Positions 58,515-64,000 of a stretch of DNA of 64,000 nucleotides are shown one piece after another (the first letter of the stretch is position 1; the number at the start of each line of letters is the position of its first letter). The stretch spans positions 434,001-498,000 of the forward strand of contig JAIVFI010000034.1 in the NCBI GenBank assembly GCA_025558095.1, in the 5' to 3' direction. The position numbers and the translations under genes are program-made. The stretch is from Hyaloraphidium curvatum SAG 235-1. Taxonomy: Eukaryota > Fungi > Monoblepharomycota. The notes beneath the pieces are model-generated. The model ran no database searches. It was not told where the DNA came from and worked only from the letters and a program-made list of their open reading frames with translations.

Positions 58515-60070
58515 ATGGGCGACAAGAAGGTGCAGCGCAAGATCCCCGTGCCGACCGGGCACATCTCCATCAAGGGCAAGGTCGTGCCCATGATCGACGA
58601 CTACAAGCTGTACCAGCTCGGCTTCATCTGGGTGGGTGTCTGGACTCCAGAGAGGCGCTTGTGGGGGATGGCGGGGCCTGGAGGCCGCGATGCGCGCGGG
58701 TGCGGGCGGCGACGGACCCTCGGATTCACGCGGCTGCTGCGGTGGCGCCCTCGGCCTCTTCCGGCCGTCGTTCGGGCCGGAAGCCGGCCCGTTGGGCTGC
58801 ATAGCAGCGGGAGAAAGTGGCCGATGGCGGCCGGAGACAAGTCGGGCGGCGAACCTGGCCCGCCGATAGTCACGGAGTTTTCGCGGCTTGGGAACATGGC
58901 CGCCCCAGCATCTGGCTTCTGCGAGTCTGCGTGGAGCCATTTTGGGTGCTCTGCGCTTTCCCAGTGCTTGGCCGGAGTTGGATTCTGGCTTGGGAGTGTG
59001 TTATCACCGTGGCCGACGGGGCCGTGCTCGTGTGAGGGGTCGGACCGCTCCGAGATTGCGCCGCGGAACGCTTCCGCCGTTGCCAACCATCCAGAACATG
59101 GTTCTGACCCCTCGTCCCTCCGTTTGCAGCAAGTCTGCTCGGGTGGCGACAGCATCCCGCCGAACGCGGTGCCGCTAGGCGACGTCGAGGGCAAGAAGGG
59201 CGAGAAGATCCGGCTCTTTGTCGCGCGCGTGCAGTACGAGAAGGCCACCTACGGCGCCAAGGCCTCCCCCGCGCTCAACAAGGGCGGCTGCAACTTTGTC
59301 GCCCACGACGAGGGCAAGGAGCTCCAGACCTCGCTCTTTGACGTTCTCACGGCGCCGGACTCGATCCAGTCCCGCATCGTGTGGAAGAGCGTCAAGACGG
59401 TGGATGACCTTGCGGCCCTCAAGGACGTCGTCTCGGGCGGCCTGGAGGACGCGGCCAACAACCCGCTGCTCATCGCGCGGGTGCAATACAAGAACGGCTT
59501 CCACGGCGGGTACGCCGCCAAGCCCTCCGACCCCGGTGCGCCCCCCGCGTTCACCTCTCACGGCGGCGGCTGACCCCCCGCTCCCCGACCAGGGATCTGC
59601 TTCGGCTGGGGCGGCAAGCACCAGTACCAGGAAACCGACTTCCAGGTCATGACCATCCCCGGCGACCACGACGCCATGATCAACTCGGCGTCGACCAAGG
59701 AAGCCATCACCTCGGCGCCCCCGCCGCAGACCGGGCCGCCGCCGGAGGACCCCTCGGCGCCGTACCAGAAGTACGTCGGCAAGGACGTGACCATCATGAG
59801 CAAGCACGAGGCGGGGAAGGCCAGCGAGGTGGGTTTTCCGGGGGCGGCGCGGCGTCGTGCTCGTGGGCTGACGGGATGGGGCGGCAGCTTTCGGTCGAGA
59901 AGGACGACAAGGTGACGATCGAGGCCGTCAGCAAGACCCTCTGGGTCAAGGGGTGGGTTTCGCCGTCCGTCGTCGCAGAGTGCCCGGCTGATCCCGGTTG
60001 CAGGACGCACAAGGGCAACGGCAAGGTCGGCTGGTTCCCGTTGGTGTGCCTGAGCTCGGCGGCGCCCTGA
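58515..60070 (+). CDS. DM9-repeat (DUF3421-like) protein with C-terminal SH3 domain
   Basis: W..SGGDSIPPNAVPLG...LFVARVQY and WKSV...SGGLE...LLIARVQYKNGFHGG repeats; ELSVEKDDKVTI...WVKG...GKVGWFP; introns include 58632-59129. Confidence 0.75.
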
Positions 60071-60318
60071 TCGCGCGGCTGTCTGGAGGTGTGATGGGTC
60101 AGCGTGGGGGCAACGGAAACGGAAAAGATCGCTCGGGCCGGGCGAATGAATATGGTGTGCATGCAGTACGGATACTAGATACTCACTTTTGCGCCTGCCT
60201 TCCTTGGCGACTGGTTCCACGAGATTGATTCGTCCAAAGATCATGAAGCGGAACACCAGCCCTGGGATCATCGGCCCACCAACATTGTTTTCCCACCCCA
60301 CCCTGCCCAGCGGCGGAC

Positions 60319-61578
60319 ATGGCAGCGACCGGCAAGCCCGGGTTTGTGCTGCCCGTCGGGCTCGAGTGCGCCGTCACGGGCGGCTCGGGGCTCGTCGGGC
60401 AGCGGCTCGTCGAGATGCTCGTCGAGCGCGGCGCGGCGCGCGTGGTGTCCTTCGACCTCGCCGGCCGCCCGCGCGACGCGTCGGACGATCCGCGGATCGA
60501 ATACGTGCAGGGCGACATCACAAAGTACGAGGACTGCGTCAAGGCATTCAAGGGCTGTACCGCGGTGTGGCACATCGCCGCCGCCGTCGGGCCGTACCAC
60601 CCGCCCGAGGTGTTCGAAAAGGTCAACTACCACGGTAGCCTCAACGTCCTCGAGGCGTGCAAGGCGCTGGGCATCAAAAAGCTGGTCATGTCGTCGTCGC
60701 CCTCGACGCGCTACCCGTACCCGGACCCGAACATGCACGACTGCACCGAGGACGACCTGGAGCGGCTCAACGGCGGCGAGTTCACGAAAAAGTTCCTGAG
60801 CTCCTACGCCGAGTGGAAGGCCGCCGGCGAGAAGGCCGTGCGCGAGGCGTGCGACCCGCCCAGGATCTACACCGTGGCCGTGAGCCCGCACCAGGTCTAC
60901 GGCCCCCGGGACTACCTCTTCCTGGACGCGCTCATGGAGGCCGCCGGCTCCGGCCGGCTGCGCGTGTTCGGCGACGCGACCAACAAGGTCTCGTTCACGC
61001 ACGTGGACAACTACTCGCACGGCCTGATCCTCGGCGGCGAGGCCCTCTACGACGGCAGCCCTGCGCTGGGCAAGTTCTACATGATCACGGACGGGCCCGC
61101 GGCCAACTTCTGGGAGACCGTGGACCGCGTGGCGACGGGCATCGGGTTCGATAGCGTGCTCGCGCGGCGGCCGTGGATTCCCGAGTGGTTCGGCATGTGG
61201 CTCGGCTGGGGCGCCGAAAAGGCCGGCCACGTCATCTCGCTGGCCACGGGCGAGCCGTACCACAAGGTCATGCGCCGGGTCAAGCTGTCGCAGTTTTCCA
61301 TCAAGATGCTCTGCATCAACCGGTCCTTCTCCACGGCCAACGCGCGGCGCGACCTCGGCTACGTGCCTGTGCTCACGTTCGAGGAGGGCATGGCGCAGAC
61401 GATCGCGTGGTTCCGGGACGTGTGGCTGGCCCGCAGCCGGTTCGCGGGCAAGGTCGGGAAGGGGAAGGCAGCCAATGGGACGGCGGGGGGCGCTAAGGCC
61501 GCGGGCGGGACGCAGGTTGGTTGGATCGCGGCGCTCGTCGGCGTCGCGCTGCTGTACTGGCTGTTCCTGGCTAACTGA
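60319..61578 (+). CDS. ERG26: 3-beta-hydroxysteroid dehydrogenase family, sterol-4-alpha-carboxylate 3-dehydrogenase-like
   Basis: VTGGSGLVG, GDIT, VNYHGSLNVLEAC, YAEWK (YxxxK), YGPRD, FTHVDN, ARRDLGY, C-terminal transmembrane helix; intronless. Confidence 0.85.
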   Translation: MAATGKPGFVLPVGLECAVTGGSGLVGQRLVEMLVERGAARVVSFDLAGRPRDASDDPRIEYVQGDITKYEDCVKAFKGCTAVWHIAAAVGPYHPPEVFEKVNYHGSLNVLEACKALGIKKLVMSSSPSTRYPYPDPNMHDCTEDDLERLNGGEFTKKFLSSYAEWKAAGEKAVREACDPPRIYTVAVSPHQVYGPRDYLFLDALMEAAGSGRLRVFGDATNKVSFTHVDNYSHGLILGGEALYDGSPALGKFYMITDGPAANFWETVDRVATGIGFDSVLARRPWIPEWFGMWLGWGAEKAGHVISLATGEPYHKVMRRVKLSQFSIKMLCINRSFSTANARRDLGYVPVLTFEEGMAQTIAWFRDVWLARSRFAGKVGKGKAANGTAGGAKAAGGTQVGWIAALVGVALLYWLFLAN

Positions 61579-61768
61579 AGGCCAGGGGGTGGAGGCATGA
61601 CGGACATCCGAGTTTCTAGATGAGATGAATAGACCTGTACGATTCGTTGAACGGGGCTCCTTCGGCTCGTGCCCGGTCTCCAGAGCAGTCTCGCGATCGT
61701 TTCCCTTCCGTGCACATACAAAACCACTGCCACGGGGCCTCCACACCGCCCACCCCTGGTGCCCGCCT

Positions 61769-64000
61769 TCAAAATATGTCCGGCAGATCCTCGGGCCACC
61801 GTCCCTCGGCGCGGCACTCCCAATAACCCCCCTTGTACTCCCACCCCGTCTCCACCCCCACGAACCACCTCGCCCTGGCCTCCCTCCCCTCTCTCCTCGC
61901 GGCCCGCTGCTTCTCTTCCAGCCTCGTCTTCTCCGCCTCGGCGTTGTCAATCCTCCCTTCCTCGAAGAGCCGCTGGTCCGGCCGCAGCCTCGAATCCGTC
62001 GGCGCCGTCCCGTCCTCGGCCTCGTTGAGCTGCGCCGCGAACGCCGTGAACCCGTACATCCGCTGCGGTGAACCCGGCGGGACGGGCTCCCCGCGCCAGA
62101 CCACCTCGAGCACCTCCCTGCCCCCTTGCCCGCCCGGGCCGACCGAGCGCGAGATCACGGAATCCCAGCGCCCAGTCACCTTCCCCACATCCCTCCCGTC
62201 CCCGTCTCTCACGCTACCCGCGACCTCGTTCTTGGCGGCGGAAAAGTACCCCGACTCGCGGAACTGCAGCACGCACGCGTGCCCCGTGTTTTCGTTGCGC
62301 ACGAGCAACTCCCCGACGTGCTCGAGGTACCGCGACCCGCCGCCGATGAGGTTGCGCATGCACGTGGTGACGCGGTTGTAGGTGTAGCGCTCCTCGCGGC
62401 CGTTGCCGAGGCGCAGGAGCACGCGCACGGGGGAGCCGACGGGGAGGAACTCCATCGTCTTGCCCTGGAAGGGGGCGGGGGGTCAGCGATCCCGGCAATG
62501 TCCCCGCATGTCCATGTGGGGCAACCAACCCAGAACTTGCTCTTGACCTGGCTGTCCCCCCACACCTTCCACCCCCTCCCCCCCGCGCACCATCCCTCCC
62601 CCTCGTACGCCAGCACGGGCGGGTGGTGCGACACCTTCTCCGCCAGGAACCTCCACCCCGCTTCCGGCCTCGCGAGCTCGTACGTCTCCCCCAGCAGCGG
62701 GTTGAACGGCTTCCTCCCCGCGCGGTGGACCGTCCCCGCGTACCCCGACACCGCAAATGCCGCGACGAGCACCGTCCTCTCCGCCGCATCCCCGCTCGCG
62801 CACGCCCGCACGAGGAGGTCCGAGTACTCGAACTCCTCCGCCAGCCGCTGCAGCGCGCTCAGCGGCTCGTTGAGCTGGATCGGCATCGAGATGGTCGAGA
62901 GGTCCTTGCCCATGCTGCCGCGGAGGATGGAGAGGATGCTCACGGGGCTCTCGCACGAGCCCGGGGCGGGGAGCACGGCGCGGCGCGGGCGGGCGGGGGG
63001 GAAGAAGGGGGCGCCGGGTTCGGCGGGGGCCGGGGTGGGCGGGGGGAGCTCCGCTGCGGATTCGAAGGCGGGGGGTTCGATGCCCACGGCCGACCCTGCG
63101 GAGCTCGGCACCCCCTCGCCCTCCATCCCCTCCTCCCCTTCCTCCTCCTCGCCCTCCCCGGGCTCGCTCTCCCCCTCGTACGCATCGAAGAACTCGCCCT
63201 CGTCGCTGACCCCCGTCGCCGCCGAGAGGATGCTCGCCGCGCGCCCGGCGACCAGCCTCCTCCCCAGGCTCGGGTGGAACATCGCCCCCGGGGACGGGTT
63301 CCCAAGGAGGAGGCCCTCGGCTGCGCGCTGCAGCCGGGACTGGATGGAGCGCAGGAGCGGGGCGAGGTCGGAGGCGGCGCCGTCGGGGTCCGGGGGGAGG
63401 AGGGAGGCCAGGTGCGCGGCCTCGGCGACGCGCGCGATCTCGCGCTTGAGGATGTCGTAGGGCGATTCCTCGCCCGTGAAGGAGCCGCGCGGGCCCAGGG
63501 GGGAGGGCCGGGCGTCGGCGGGGGTGATGGTGAGGGCTTCCAGGGTCGGCGGGGCCGGGAGCGGCCGCTCGCCGTCCTCGTGTTCGGGCTCGCCGTCCGG
63601 TTCGGCGTCCTCCGGGAGCTCGAAGGAGCGCAGCGCCGAGGACCAGGCGGCAAAGTCGGCGTCGTTGGCGCAGCGCATGTGGAACAGGGCCGATCCCGAG
63701 TCTTGCACGGAAAGGGGGTCAGCGTCGTCCCAAGGCCGCGGCGCGCCCCCGTGGACGCACCGACGTCGATCCGCAGCCGCTTCGCATCCTCCGTCACCAC
63801 CGCCGCCGGCACCCTCGCCGCGCCCCTGATCTCCCCGCCCCTCTTCTCGGCGTACTCGAGCGTGCCGTCCGACAGGAGGCGGAACCAGCGCCGCGCCCAG
63901 CCCTGCATCTTCTTGCTGCGCTTCTTGGAGAGCCAGCCCTCGATGACCACCGCGGGCGCGCCGGGCTGCGGGTCCGCGGGGGGCACGTAGGGGACCACGC
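61769..64000 (-). CDS. Oxysterol-binding protein with N-terminal PH domain (Osh3-like), 5' end beyond the window
   Basis: EGWLSKKRSKKMQGWARRWF (PH), EFFDA (FFAT motif), GKDLSTISMP, NEPLSALQR, KPFNPLLGETYE, EKVSHHPP, PTDSRLRPDQ. Confidence 0.93.

Overview
Very GC-rich, gene-dense eukaryotic DNA with many ~45-70 nt GT-AG introns (donors GTGGG/GTGCG/GTACG/GTTCG, CTGAC/CTAAC branch points). The gene set looks fungal, most plausibly an early-diverging zoosporic lineage (chytrid/monoblepharid-like; this is inference). About 30 protein genes can be reconstructed: Prp5, Adk, Cdc50, Mif2/CENP-C, a CaMKK-like kinase, U2A', WDR48, ALKBH1, Npy1, a SMARCAL1/ZRANB3-like helicase, eS12, a CaMK, a gamma-tubulin complex protein, Pwp1, Erg26, an OSBP and others. 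The main highlight is a ~5 kb insertion (about 47.5-52.6 kb) encoding a Fanzor-type (eukaryotic TnpB-derived, RNA-guided) RuvC nuclease of ~1,070 aa. It has about seven N-terminal zinc-knuckle-like repeats, one frame disruption, and a spliceosomal intron immediately before the third catalytic Asp. A hairpin-rich putative omegaRNA follows it. The element sits next to a block of bacterial-type genes: a trimethylamine-monooxygenase-like FMO carrying two introns, DUF4037, and a PglD/NeuD acetyltransferase. Other items absent from the ORF track are a U21-like box C/D snoRNA in the eS12 intron, a 6-nt microexon in a kinase P-loop, and a small YABBY/HMG-like gene. Exon boundaries were worked out by eye; family calls rest on recognised motifs, not database searches.
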